DNA from: Lama guanicoe
Lineage: Eukaryota
Reading direction: 5' to 3'
NCBI GenBank assembly: GCA_013239625.1
Contig: MU056050.1
Span: forward strand, 2,342,084-2,406,083
DNA length: 64,000 nucleotides
Below are positions 44,480 through 58,667 of the stretch, piece after piece. The notes beneath the pieces were generated by a model. That model was not told the DNA's origin. It saw only the letters and a list, made by a program, of their open reading frames with translations, and searched no databases. Both the position numbers and the translations under genes were made by a program. The first letter of the stretch is position 1, and every line of letters begins with the position of its first letter.

Positions 44480-45510
44480 ACCCTCAGATGTGGCTACTAA
44501 AGGAATTCCTTACTCTGATGGTTAGTAATTACTGGGGAAAAAAACTGAAGTATTCGTCTGCCTTTCCAGTGGGAACTATATTTCAGGATAACCAAACAAA
44601 CTAAGCTGGTAAGGGACAACTGATGGCTAATAAATGTAGAGGGTATGATAAAACTAGTGAATCAACAATTAGGAACTCTGAAAAAAATAAGTGACTCAGG
44701 AAAGGATCATCTATGTATTCTAAATCACTTAATGTAAAGTGGATGAAAAACTGGATATTAATATGGTACCAAAGTATCAACCTGCAGATAACTTGCTACT
44801 GACAAGGCAAGGAAAAGTCACAGAGGGATTAAACTGTCATCAACTTACCGGAACATTAGAAGTCAGGCAGATACTAGATGCTATACAACATGAAACGTGT
44901 AACACAACCTATTAAGTATTTTTGCCATTAAATATTTTACCTGAACATAGTCAAACGTTTAGCCCTAAATCTAAGCATATAAAAAGACAGGGGACAAAGA
45001 ACAAATTAAACCAACCATAAAAAAGCAATTAGATAAATCCAAAAGATAGAGCCTCCTATGGGAATGGTCTCTTCCACAACTCAGTGCTATTAAAGGAAGG
45101 GGTGGGGGACATTATTCTAAATTAAGAGACTGACAAATCCTAATAATCAAATACAATGTGGGGTCTTTGACTGGGTCATCATTTGAACAAACCAGGTGTA
45201 AAATGCCTTTGGGGACAATTTGGAAAAATCTAAATATGATCTGAGATTATTATATGATAGCAATCTAATTAGGTATGAAATTAGTATCACGGATGTATAG
45301 GAAATGTCCTTACTTCTAAAAAGTACAAACTAATGTATTTAGAAGTAAATGTTAATGATATCTGTAATATACATTAATACTTCCAAAAAAGTATACCAAC
45401 ATGTTAATGAACATCCTCCTAGGTGATGGGGTTATGGGTATTCACACAATTCACTCTCCTATATGTTTGAAAATGTTCATAATAAAATTAAAAAGTAAAA
45501 AATAAAATGA
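44480..45510 (+). mobile_element. Old L1 (L1MC/ME-like) 3' piece nested in L2
   Basis: attaagagac...aatcaaatacaatgtg...tatgtttgaaaatgttcataataaaa tail. Confidence 0.65.
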
Positions 45511-45514
45511 AAAA

Positions 45515-46050
45515 ACTAAGTCAGATCATATCATTTTCCTACTGAAAACCTCCACTGGCTTCACCCAGCATCAAAGCCAAAAACCTTGCACTGGCTCTAT
45601 ATGATCTGGTCCATCATCTCTGACCTCATCCTCTACCACTCTCCCACTCAATCGCTCTGATCCAGCCACACTGGCCTCCTTGCTGTTGTTCTTCAACAAA
45701 TCAAGCATGCTCATACCTTTGCATTGCCTGTTCTCTTTGCCTATTCTTTTGCCTGGAGGCTCTTCCACATATGTTTGCAGTTTACATCCTCACATCTTTT
45801 CTTTCTTTGCTTAAACAATCTCACCTTTTCAATGAGGTCCACTCTTAGTCTTCTATTTAAAATTTCCATTTACCACTCTGGCACTCCCAATCTTCCCCAT
45901 CTTTGATCACCTTCTAGTATACCATATAATTTACTTAGAATGTAAGCATTATGAAGGTAAAGATTTCTATTTGTTTACAGATGTAGCCCCAGCACCTAGA
46001 ACTATCTGGCACATAAAAAGGGCTCAATCAATATTCCTTAAATGAATAAA
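45515..46050 (+). mobile_element. L2a 3' end
   Basis: aagtcagatcatatca...ccagccacactggcctccttgctgtt...cccagcacctagaac...ctcaatcaatatt...tgaataaat. Confidence 0.85.
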
Positions 46051-48852
46051 TTTGGGTTATAATAGTGCCTAACTATGGTACCACCACTATTACTACTATT
46101 ACTGTGTTTTGAATCCAGAAATAAAGGTGCCAAGACAACTCCAGTCAAGTTTGTCTTTTGGTACCTCACACTGTCTAGTACCACTTTTTTCCTGTCTTTG
46201 TGCTGACCTTCATGCTGTCCCTAAACCCTCTACTGAAGCAATCCCTGTAAGGGGAATTGAACAGATATGCCTGCCCAATTTTCCAAAGCGGTCATGTATC
46301 CTAAAACTGTTTACATCCCCACCAGTCTTCCAAGTCAAAACACCCAGTACAGCTGATCACAGGTTGAAACTAGAATAAAATTACTCTCATTGATTTCACA
46401 GCAGAAATAATTAGCTTTGCCTAGAAGTCTCAGCAGTAAGGAAAAAAAATAATAGAAGCCTGTTAATCCAAATAATTCCCAACTGGTGAAAATATGGGTT
46501 GTGGTCAAGGGGAGTAAACATTTTCAGGTAGTGATGCGAAGAGGGAAGGGTGGAGTTCAGTAAGGGAGCAATACACAGGGTAACCATACATGCCTAGGGG
46601 CCAATTCCCTAATTACATGCCCTGAGCAGTTCTTGATTTTCATGGCTTTCCTTACTTTACATCCCCAGACCACAATTCTCTAAACTCTCAGACATTTCTT
46701 TTTTTCCCCTACCCTCAGTGGTTGTTAAGACTGCAGGTTCTCAAAACAAGATGGCTCACGCAATAGAAATAAAAGATGGTGTTATAACAGCAATACGAGG
46801 GTTACTCTTTCCAACAATAGGTTATTTCTAAATCAAATGTTTCTTGGTTGGGTATTTCTTATATAAGAAAAGGGATCATGCTAACATTGGTCAAACCCCT
46901 AGGGATATTTTAATTCAGCTACCATTATGAGGAATATTTTCATACAAAAATTTACTTCTAAAACTCATATTCAACTATATCAACAATATTTGCTATTATG
47001 CAGCAGGTCATCATCATTCACTGCAATATGCTCTGAAACCCTCAGTCTCCAAATCCCTAACTATATTCTAATTAATCATGCCCAAGTTAAATTTCAGCTA
47101 CCCTGTTACTTCAGTAGTTGGCTTCATGTTCTCAAACCCAAAACAATCATGGTGCCTCTTAAAATGTGATGAACTACTTGAACTTCTCTTTCTCTGAACT
47201 AAGAGTGGACTCCTTGGCTGCCAGCAGGAATAGAAATAGCTGTTATCACTAATTTTTGAACAAAGGTGAAGTGTTCTTGTCCCAAAACTCTCCCGTGTAT
47301 CTTGTTTGGTATTGAAAATCTATAAGCTTTTAGTCTGATCTGATTCCTCTTCTGGAGCATTCCAGAGAAATGGAAAACAGAAGATAAGTAGAGGCAGTAG
47401 GTGGTATATATTTGATAATCCTAAAAAGAAACTGTCTTACTATCCAAAGGACAGAAATAGACACTCTTTACCAGAAGTATCCCCAGTGCCTATCAAAGCA
47501 GCAGTATACCATAAAAACTCAATAAATGAGCATTTCTTTACTAGTCAAGTATCCCAGGCAGGTAGACATATTAGGAAAGCTATAACAAAAGGACAACAGA
47601 GGCCTCCATGCTACCAAGAGAGATATCTTCCTAAAATGCATTATCACTCATTTGTAATAATTAGTGAACATTTACTATAGGCTAAGTAATAAATTAATCC
47701 AGAGAAATCAGTAAAACATAGACCCTATCCTAAATGGCTCACAATCTGGCAAAGGAGAAAGCCAGTTTATTCTAATACAACCTGATAAGTGCTAGAAGTC
47801 TCCATCAAGTTTTATAAGAACAGAGTTTAAGAAGTGACTAATTCTGCATGGGTGAAGTGTCAGCCAAGACTTTACAGAGCAAGTAGCACCTGCTCTTAAA
47901 AGAATAAACAGGAGTTCACAAGACGAAGAAAGGACAGGTGAGAGGGGGTAGGTAAGAACAGTTTTCTAGTTGTAAGGAACTGCAACATGTAAACAGAGGT
48001 CTGTCTATACATAGCAATGCCCATACCTAAGTTCAGGAAAAGGCTAATAATTTAATATGACTAGAGTATTAGGTCTGAGGGGAAAAAATCACTAAAGATG
48101 AGGCTGGAAAGAAAGAATGGGGCTAGACTGTGAAGAGCCTTTTCTGTCACATTGAGAAGTTTGGATTTCATCTTGCAGGCAGAGGTTTTTAAGCAACGTG
48201 TCAATTAGATCTTGTTTAGAATGTAACAGCAGTAATAATATGAAAGACAGATCAAAAAGGAAATAATGAGTGGCATAGATTTGTAACTACTGTAGTGATT
48301 TCAGTGAAAAATGATGTGAGATATGCCTCAAGAATTTATTCACATCCATAAAAAATTTCAATGGTACCTATCTATTAAAGTCTAACTCAACACAGTATTC
48401 AAGGTCCTTGACGGGTCCTTGACGATCTAAAGTGTGCCTACCTTTCCAACTTCACTTTCTGTCCCTTCTTTTTGCCACATCTTACAATCCAGCCACATCA
48501 GACTATGCACCATTTCTTCAATCAGTTATGAACATGCATACTGCCATGTCTTCACTCACAAGCTATTTGTTACTTCTGCACAGACAAGTCTCAACAAACT
48601 CGTACTCATCCTTCAAGGACAAGGTTTAAAAAAGGTTATATCTGTAAAGTCTTCCCAGACTCCATCTCTCCCAAGGCAAAAATTTATTATGCTTTCTTCC
48701 AGGCTTTCACATCACAACATTCATACCACTAACATAGTACTTATCACATCACATTATTAGTTATCTATTTATCTATCCCCTCTGCTAGAATGGCTGAGCT
48801 GAAACCAATCATTTACAAATAAAATTCAAATTAAATTATATAATTAAAATCA

Positions 48853-49128
<276 letters not shown>

Positions 49129-49239
49129 TCATTTCTAGTAAAGTCACTAACTTTCAGGGACAACTTACATAACAAAATGAAAATGTTTTCAGAAACAACT
49201 TCTTCTACAAGTTTGCTTCCCCTGCCCCAAAGGGAAATC

Positions 49240-49395
49240 TTCATAATTTTCAAGGTCATCAAGTCCACTCCCCACATTTTACAAATGAGAAATGTGACCT
49301 GCTCAGGATTACAAAATGGGTTAATGACAAGGCTCAGGCTGGAGCCCAGGACCTGTGACACTAAGTCAACCGAACTTTCTTTTATGCCACACTAT
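49240..49395 (-). mobile_element. MIR fragment
   Basis: cccacattttacaaatgagaaa...ggctggagcccagg. Confidence 0.6.
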
Positions 49396-50724
49396 CTTAT
49401 CAGTTCTTGATTACTCAAGGCTAGTGAAAGAGTTTCACATTTTTAATTCTTAGCAAAATTTGAAAATCAATCAATGCATTTTAGAAGATGGGTAACTAAA
49501 GGGGCTTTTTTAAACTGATTTATGCAGAAATAGTTGCAATGTTAAACAACTTAAAAATTCAGGTTCATGAAAGTAGACCATCATTTTTAGAATCGCTTTT
49601 TAGTTTATCTTACATATACAACAGAGCTACAAAATATAATTGTACCACTGATTTATATTTATAGTTTTTGGCAGCATTCTAAAGGAAAACAGGTATACTA
49701 CTGATAGAAAAGAAATGAGAGAATACCAAGGAGTTGGGGACAAAACATAAGCAAAGAGAGGAAAGAAAACAGATAATCTAGGTAGAGCAGGAACAGGAAG
49801 GGAAAGAAGCACTGAATAGGTGCTGATAGCTACTTATCCTTGCTAATCTCCTAGGGTAAGTTAAAAAGGGCCAACAGACATGAATTTAATAAACATTTCT
49901 ATCAGCCACCCTATTATTACATCTATTTCCACTCAGCTTCAGCTGTTACCATAATTATATTATAGCAAGTCACACCATATGTGCATTTATGAGAATGCAA
50001 CCATTTACACAGAGCAAACAAACAAAAGAGAAATAATTTAATGATGTAGGCAATTCCACTCATCATTCTCTAAATACAGTGTATGCTTATGACCCAGAGT
50101 GAGCATATCAATCTGCTGTTCCTTCAGTTTGTATCAGTTCCCTTGTGCCTTGTGCATCAAGCTGAATGGAATTCTAGTATTTTTAATTATATATTTTTCA
50201 TTAGACATGGTCCCTAACTGCAGGCTAACCACTTCATTTGGGGCAAGTAAATAAACACTGATTTCTTCTAATGCTAGAGAAAAAAAGAACTGTGTTGAAC
50301 TTAGGTAGAAACATTAGGTCTAAACATTATACCTATGGTGACTCGGGGGATTTTTCAAAGAAAATTATTATAAAACCTGTTAGCGATTTCCAGAGTTAAT
50401 TTTATTATTTGCCACACTTAAGTATATTAAATGCTATAAAACTAATGTCTAATTCGTAGAATATTAGCAATCACTTAGAAAACCAGACTCTCCAAATATA
50501 GAAGTATTTCTTCTATGAAATCCAAAGTTAAGAACACATTTTCTTCCACTTCTCATACTAAGAAAATAAAGGACCAACACTGTGATCATCTCTTACTGAA
50601 AAGAGCTCCAGACTTTTACAAATTCTCCAGAGATGTTTACCCAAAGTTCTAGGAAGAAAACTTCTAAATATTTTTGTCTCTCCTTGTACCCCCAAAAAGT
50701 ATGGCCTATGAATGTACAAGTGAC

Positions 50725-51403
50725 TCCAAGACAGCAACTGGAATTTTTTAATGCTGCTGGTGGAAATATAAAACAGTACGACTACTTTGTAAAACTGGCA
50801 GTTTCCTCAAAAGTTAAATTTACAACTACCATATGACCCAGCCATTTCACTCCTAGGTATTTACTGCAGGAGAAATAAATGTCTATGTCCACACAAAGAC
50901 TTGTATACAAATATTCATAGCAGCTTTATTTATAACAGAACACTCAAATATCCATCAACACATGAATGGATTAACAAATTGTAATATAGTATAACTGTAG
51001 AATGTACAATGGAATACTATTCAGCAATAACAAGGAAAGAACTTTTAATACAAGCAACAACATTGATGAGCCACAAAATAATTATGCTGAATGAAGCAAG
51101 CCAGACCAAAAAAGAATACTGACTATATGATTCCATTTATAAAAGAAGTATAGAAAATGCAAAATAATCTATAGTTTAGAAAGATCAATGGTTACCTGGG
51201 GAGGAGGAAAGAGGGAGTGGGAGTGAAGGGGGATGAACTACAAGGGGGCAAGAGGAAATCTGGGGGGGAGTGACAGAGATGTGCATTATCTAGACGGTGG
51301 TGATGTTTTCACAGGTGTATACATATATTAAAACTCAACTGTACACTTTAAATATGCACATTTTATTGCATGTCAATTATACCTGAATAAAGCTTTAAAA
51401 AAA
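50725..51403 (+). mobile_element. Old L1 (L1MB/MC-like) 3' end
   Basis: gctgctggtggaaatataaaa...ccatatgacccagccatttcactcctaggtattta...aataaagctttaaaaaaaa. Confidence 0.85.
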
Positions 51404-52775
51404 AGGCTCCAAACTGCTGTAACACTGATAATAGATTATGGAATTACAGTCTAGCGAATTTTTCAACCTTAAAACTGCTCCTACATTTATATTTTAAAAT
51501 AAAAAATTGAATCACTAAATAAAAATGAATAATGCTCTATTCTATCATAGAGGACAAAAGATACATTGAATATAATTTTGAAAAAAAAATGGCTAGCTTA
51601 TAATTACCCCTTAAGCTACATACAGAAAACTTGTGACAAGGACTAGAACAGCAACATGTTACATGGAAATACTGTGTTTCATTAACATTGCTTTAAAAAG
51701 TTTGTATTTCTAATGTGTTACAATATGAACCACTGACATGTTCTGTTTAACAGCATTACTCCATGAAGGCTATTTTATCAGTGATTTGTACTATCAACTA
51801 ACTACCAATTTCTTTCTAGAGGCAATTTAAGGTAGGAATCTAGAAGACGTATGCACTTTTATTTATAACAGATAACAACCTTTCCATCTTTCACAAAAGA
51901 AAAGCTGGCTTATGAATTTTGTATTAAATATCTCAGGTGTCATAAGTTAGTCCAATCAATTGGAATGACCTTAGCTACATAATGTGGAAAAAGTAACCAA
52001 ATCAAGGGTTTAGAAAATCATTTTTAAAACCTTAGAGATTTGCCAAATAACAGTTAAGCTATTTCATATACAATGAAATTCTAGTAAAAGTAAGCTTGAA
52101 ATGTCCAAAATATCTTTTTTCCCTAATGGCAGCCCATGACAGAACATCTTAGAAAAGCTTTTGTCCAGTCCAAGCACTGATACTCATGTGATCTTGAGAC
52201 AGATCATAAGTCTAGCTCCGTACTTCTACCACCAGCTACATTAAGGAATATATACACACGTATGCCTTTTGAGGAACAGTAAATCATATTTGAAGTGGAA
52301 AATTTTTTAAATGGCAGACCTGTAATGGCCATGGATTCATTCTTTCATTAAATTAACATTAAATAACTATCCACTATGTGCTAGGTGCTTGTGATACAGC
52401 GATTAACAAAATGCCTTTCTTACTCTTAAGGAGAGTTCATACTTTTTTTGGATGATACATCTTTGAAGAAATGCACTGAAAAGTAACTGAAGTTTCCCCA
52501 AAGATACTCAAGATGGCCAGTATATTAGAGTAAGTGATTTCAACTGGAGGCAAAAAATATGATTAAAGTGACAATGGTTTGAGATTCTCAGAAAAAAAAA
52601 AAGACCAAGATAATACTATAAACATGACCAGGACAGATGTTCAGCCTGTACATTCAGAAAACAGAATGATAGCTTCCATAATCATGTTCCTAAAGAATGA
52701 ACCTTGCAAGAGAAAAATCATGTTTTGAATAAAAGGACATGATCTAGCATGTAGAATTACTTTAGGAACAGACTA

Positions 52776-53106
52776 TGATATGGTCCAAATGTTTTTTGTC
52801 CCCCTCCATCCATGTTGAAATTCTAATACTCAATGTGATGGTATTAGGAGGTGACTAGGTCATGAGCAGAGCTCTCACGAATCAGATTAATGCCCTTAAA
52901 ATTGAGACCTCCCTTGCCCCTTCCACCATGTGAGGATATAGCAAGTCAGCAGTCTGCAACCTGGAAAAGGGCCTTCACGAGAACCCACTATACTGGCACC
53001 CTGATCTTGGATTTCTAGCCCCCAGAAATGTGAGGATTACATTTCTGTTATTTATAAACCTCCAGTCTGTGGTATTTTGTTATAGAAGCCCAAATGGACT
53101 AAAACG
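52776..53106 (+). mobile_element. MaLR MLT1A-like solo LTR
   Basis: tgatatgg...atgttgaaattctaatactcaatgtgatggtattaggagg...ggtattttgttatag...ggactaaaac. Confidence 0.85.
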
Positions 53107-53862
53107 GGCTAATAAAAACTTATGCTAGACTATTCGCAAAAAAACTGTACATCTCAAGACAAGAACCACCAGAGAACCAAGATGCAGAGAAATGCACCCA
53201 ACAAAATAAAAGTGTAGTTGTAAAAAAAAACCCAAAAACCTATGCTTAAGAACACCAACTGCTATCTTCTTTTTCATAGTAAAGATAAACAACTTCTTGA
53301 CTAGTGTACAGTAAAAAAAACTTCAAAAAAGCAAAACATTAGGTACAGGAAGCCATCAACTGCCTTCCCCTTCCAAGAGATAGGAGAGAGCTGACACAAT
53401 AAGATGCTCCAAGGTTTAAGGGCTCTTATGTCCAGACTGATTCAAAGATAAAACACTAAGTACACTCAAGATAATGTAGTCAAGGGGGTTAAATGTCCCA
53501 CCATCTGTCCGAGAATAAGATCATCTGACTTGGAGTTTCATTTGGTTTTTAATGTTTCTCTGGTCACTTAACAAGCAACCAAGAGGATTTGTGAGACAGG
53601 AAGGAGGAAAGACTTTTCACCCCACCCTTCACCATCCCCAGCCAAATCTGTGACCTTGGACACCGGGCAACAAGTGAAGGTCCTGAGGTTTGTTGAAGAG
53701 GGCTTTGATTCTGGGTGAGAAGGAAAGGGTCAGAGAGCCAAGGCCAAAAAGATCCTGGACCACTAAACCCGAAAAGCAGGAAGAAGCACTGTCATTTTCC
53801 AGAACTAAAGACGAGTAAGCTAGCTTTATGACTAATTTTCAGCCAGAACTTTCAATTTAGAG

Positions 53863-54081
53863 CAAGGATCAGCATAATACGGCCCGTGGGTCAAATCCAT
53901 TTGGTTTTTATAAATAAAGTTGTACTACAACACAGACACACTTGTTTATTTACATATTGTCCATGGCTGCTTTCACACTACAATGGCAAAACTGACTAGT
54001 TGTAACAAAAACCATATGACCCACAAAGGAAAAAAAATATTTACTCTCTCACCCTTTACAGAAAAAGTTTGCTGACCACTG
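53863..54081. mobile_element. MER58A-like hAT-Charlie DNA transposon
   Basis: caaggatcagca...tacggcccgtggg...tttacagaaaaagtttgctgaccactg; terminal inverted repeats. Confidence 0.85.
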
Positions 54082-56851
54082 ATTTTTAAGAAAGGAAAGG
54101 AAAGAACACTTAGCTATTACTTTCTTCGAAGGGCATTCAGAAGAGTAGAGTGCTTATAGTTTGGTTCAGCAATCAAAGGACTCCATCTCTGATTATCTTT
54201 TCCTCTAATTTCTAAAAGATGCCTTTTGCCATCTCAATGCAGGGATCATTCGTGTGTTGTCTATGAATTGGCAGCTCAAGAGCCTAATAATCACTATGCA
54301 TGCCTATTAAGTTTTTCAAACTCAGTGTCCAACTTGACATCACAACCACCAGGCAGAATCATATGGTTCTTCTTCCTTGCTTGCTTACTTGCTTGCAGTA
54401 AACAGCCCCAGGCTATCTGACAGGATATAAATATTGTTTCTTATATTTAGGACATAAACATTTTCATGTGCCAGAATCTTTAGGGAATAAATGACTATCT
54501 ACTAATTACAGAATAATAAATAAGGATTTCTCCTGCTCAGACCAAGTACCCTAAAATAAAAGTGTCTCTAAAATGCATGCCTCCCAAGCCAGATATTGGT
54601 TCTGCCACTGGCTGGTGAAGGAGATCAGACCTGAAATACCTCTGGATGGGGTACTATCTGTCCAGATTGCTCCTAAAGAGGAAACAGTGAGAATAAACAA
54701 GAAGAAATTCATCCAAAGATGCCATGAAAAACAAGATGTTATGTTAGTGAACCACTCTGGCCAGATGAGACAAGGTCTGCGTGAAGTCTGCATTGAGGGG
54801 GATTCCAATAAATTCTAATACTGAAAGAGTGAGTACTCACTGGAATTGAAGCCTTAACCTCAACTTTAATGTCAATGAAAAATTCCTTTCTCAGACAACG
54901 GAGGAGGGTGTCAGCTAGCCAGAGAGAAACAATGAGCCAGGGAGATGAACTTTCTAAAATCCTCCGTGTCAGGCAAAAGAGCCTATGAATCACTATAAAT
55001 TCTACAAGAAAGGGAGAAATATTCATTCATTTTTCAACAAGTATTTATTCAGCACCTACATACCAGGAACTGAGGTTAGAAGTACTAGACAAAAACCTTT
55101 GTCCTCATGGAATTTACTTATTTTCCAGTGGAGGTGCATAATAAAATACACTGCATATTATACGGTGATAACTGCTCAGAAGAAAAATAGTGAATGATAG
55201 GAGTGTTGAGGGGGGTTGCCAGGGAAGGCTGCATCGCAGAGATGACATTTCAGTGCTTCCAGGCTACTCTGTAGTACACCTGATGGACTAGAATAGAGAT
55301 TCAGCCCCAAAAATAAAATTGTTTACACTCATGAAATATCCATGTGTGTTATGAGCTTGCAACTGTGACTGCCACACTGTTCTTCAGAGACAGTAACATA
55401 ACCTGTTCTCTATAGGGACAAAGTTCAAGAAAAGAAAGTACATACTGTGTATTTTTCCCAGTTAGATAAAATCATACCTTCAAGAAAATTCCTCTTTGAA
55501 ATGTTCCCAAAACAACAAAGGACTAAAAAGGTATAAACTCCCAAGGACAAAAAAATAGAATAAGGACAGAGAAGAGATATCAACAAATAGGCAGATAAAC
55601 TTTAAAAAAAATTTGAGAACCTTACAAAGTGCAGAATTTTTATGTGGGGAACACCACCTTGAGACCACATGGCAGGATATAAGGAAAGACAAACCTATAG
55701 CAAGGCAGTACTGACAAACGTCTCAAACTAGATCAGAAATGCTGCAGGAAAAATGCAGCGCCTACCCTGGAAAGAACTGAAAGGAAACCCTACAGGAGGA
55801 TTTTTTTTAAATAGGTCACAGTCACACAGGTAAGCAACAGCCCTGCATGCTTAGGGGGCTGCCAGTCTGGTATTAAACTGATAATGGGAGGAAGTAGCAA
55901 AGAGAGTAAATCAGCTGCCAGAACTAGACTTACTTCAAAAAGAAAAAAGGGTACATTTAAACTAAAAGCTCCTTACCTCTATACCTGTCGGCCACCAAAA
56001 GCATAAGCTAAAAACAAAGATAATTGTAGTAAACCTCGTTTTACCTGGGTCCCTATACATAGCACTGGAGGAAGGGGATAAGGATTGGGACACTTTCTCT
56101 CTCTTAGTCATAGATATATTTCAAAAACAGAGGAAGAACTAAAAAGTTGAGCATAAGCATCCCTGAAAATACAACCAGTGAAGCAGAAAATATGACTTCT
56201 CCAGCAGGTCTCAAAACTTAAGGCATCTAGGTGTTGTAAAATCTTCCCCGAGACAGTACACGTAACAAAGAGCAAAAGTTCTTTCCATTCTTGAAAAATC
56301 AGGAGTACTCTATCTACCACTCATTCTTCCCTTCTATAGAAGCCAACTATTTCGTCCAAATGCTGAATAAAAATAAAAAGAATAATGCTAAAGAAATTCT
56401 ATTTAAAAGGTAGGGAAAATAACACTTTCCTATTTGTTACACATTTATAACATCTGCTGGACTGACCTTAACAGACTGTTGTAAAGATAAAATAAGATGT
56501 GTTATCAAAGTTGGTTGATATTTTTAAAATCAAGTTCAAAAGAACTAAACATCTCCACATTTCAAGAGTTCACCAAAGATTTTTAAAGTTTTAAAGTTTC
56601 ACATTTACTTATTTTCTGCCCTCCATAAAATTATTGAGATATACTCAAAAATTAAAGATAGAAATAATAGAGAGCAGAAATTAATACAAACACAAAGATA
56701 ATAGTGACAAAAAGATTTCTTATAAATATAAACCTAAATTTTATTATTACTGATAAAATCTTACAAGTACAAGCTGGACACTGCTCTCATTTCCTAATTT
56801 AAAAAAAACCTATAGGTAATGCACTAATTTTGTCTTCATGGATATTCATCA

Positions 56852-57055
<204 letters not shown>

Positions 57056-57612
57056 TCATAAAGCAAATAAAATTAATTTCAATTAACAAGCTTGCATAAG
57101 AGTAATGTATTCTTCTCATTGAATTTTCTTATCTCTCTTATATAAAACATTCATAAGAACAGTTGTTGAAAGTTTACCTCTTTGTGTATCTTTTAGGATA
57201 GAAAATAACAGTGATTCATAAGAGACACCTCAATGTTAATTATACAGGGAAAACCAGCTACACAAGGAAGGGATATTGCTAATCTCAAGGAAAAAAATAT
57301 ACCCCTATTTCTATCACTGACAAGAATATACCCTAGAGTAAAGCCATAGTTGTAAATTATTTTATTGGTAGTAATAAAAGCATTAAATATTATTTTTAAC
57401 TTCTAATATGGAAAAATATTAACATTCAAACAGGTAAAGTTCACTGCTGACTCAATAACCATAGGCTACTCTTAAAAGGAAAAAACACAAGACACATGCT
57501 AATAGCAACAAAATAATCTTCAAAAAGGCCTTTAGAAATTTCTATTATTCAACAAGAGAATGAAAAAACATACTCAGATACTTGATCTGCAACATAAATA
57601 TACATGTACTTA

Positions 57613-57750
<138 letters not shown>

Positions 57751-58596
57751 TTAAAGGCCATTTATTCCTTAGCATTCCAACTATGCATCCACAATCTTAA
57801 ACATACTCAAAATAATTTTCCCAAATAAGAATATTAAAAATGCATTTTATACACACAATCAACAATTTATAATTTATAAAATGACTTGGAACTTCAATTT
57901 AACCAAAATGATGACTCCAGATATTGAAAAAATGTTAACAGACAGCTCTTCAAAAAACATTCACTAAAAATTATATGAATGCTATACACAAGAACAACAG
58001 ATGAAATTCTGATTAAAACTGAGTCTGTCAACTGAATTTTCTTTACGGCAATACAGTACTTCAATCTTCTTTGGTTTCTACTGTTTAAGTCAAATGCTAG
58101 TGCAGCAAAGACAAGGACATTCCTCCAGGTCTGAGTAATGGCATTTCTCCTTGGTTCTAAGTTCATGAACATAAAATCGTTTACTAGACAATGATTATCA
58201 CAAGTTCTAGAATTTATTATTTTTAAATTACCTCCATTCTTTTTCTCCTTGCCTAATAGTTTACAAAAAACTGTTCAGTTTAAAAACTCTTCACATCATT
58301 TCTACTCATTTAATAGGTGCTTACCTTTTACCTTTTCCTTAGTTAGGAACTTACTAGGTCAGGAATATCACCAAAGGTTTTATATGTACAGATAGTTTAA
58401 GTGATATGGTAGCATGTTTATTTCACAGAAATAATTAGCATGTCTAATTTTACAAAGCACTACATCTCAAACCCCAAATCTCACCTTATAACGAATAGTC
58501 AACTGAATGTTACGATCCTCCTCCATTAACATGATTAACTAATTATTAATCATGCCATCTAAAATTTATAATCAGAAAGTATTTTTTAAAACTTAC

Positions 58597-58667
58597 CAAA
58601 CATGCTAATACCAATTGTGTAAAATAGTCTCTCTTGCTTTTTTCTTCTAAACAATTTGTCTCAATAT
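58597..58667 (-). CDS. THOC2: THOC2 coding exon 5 ([23 protein letters not shown])
   Basis: Translation match; gtag acceptor, TTG|gtaagt donor; 71 nt. Confidence 0.96.

Noticed and set aside
54551..55026. 81-95 aa ORFs with protein-like composition (MHASQARYWFCHWL...)
   Set aside because: I recognise no family, splice context, TSD or poly(A); a BLASTX search would be needed.
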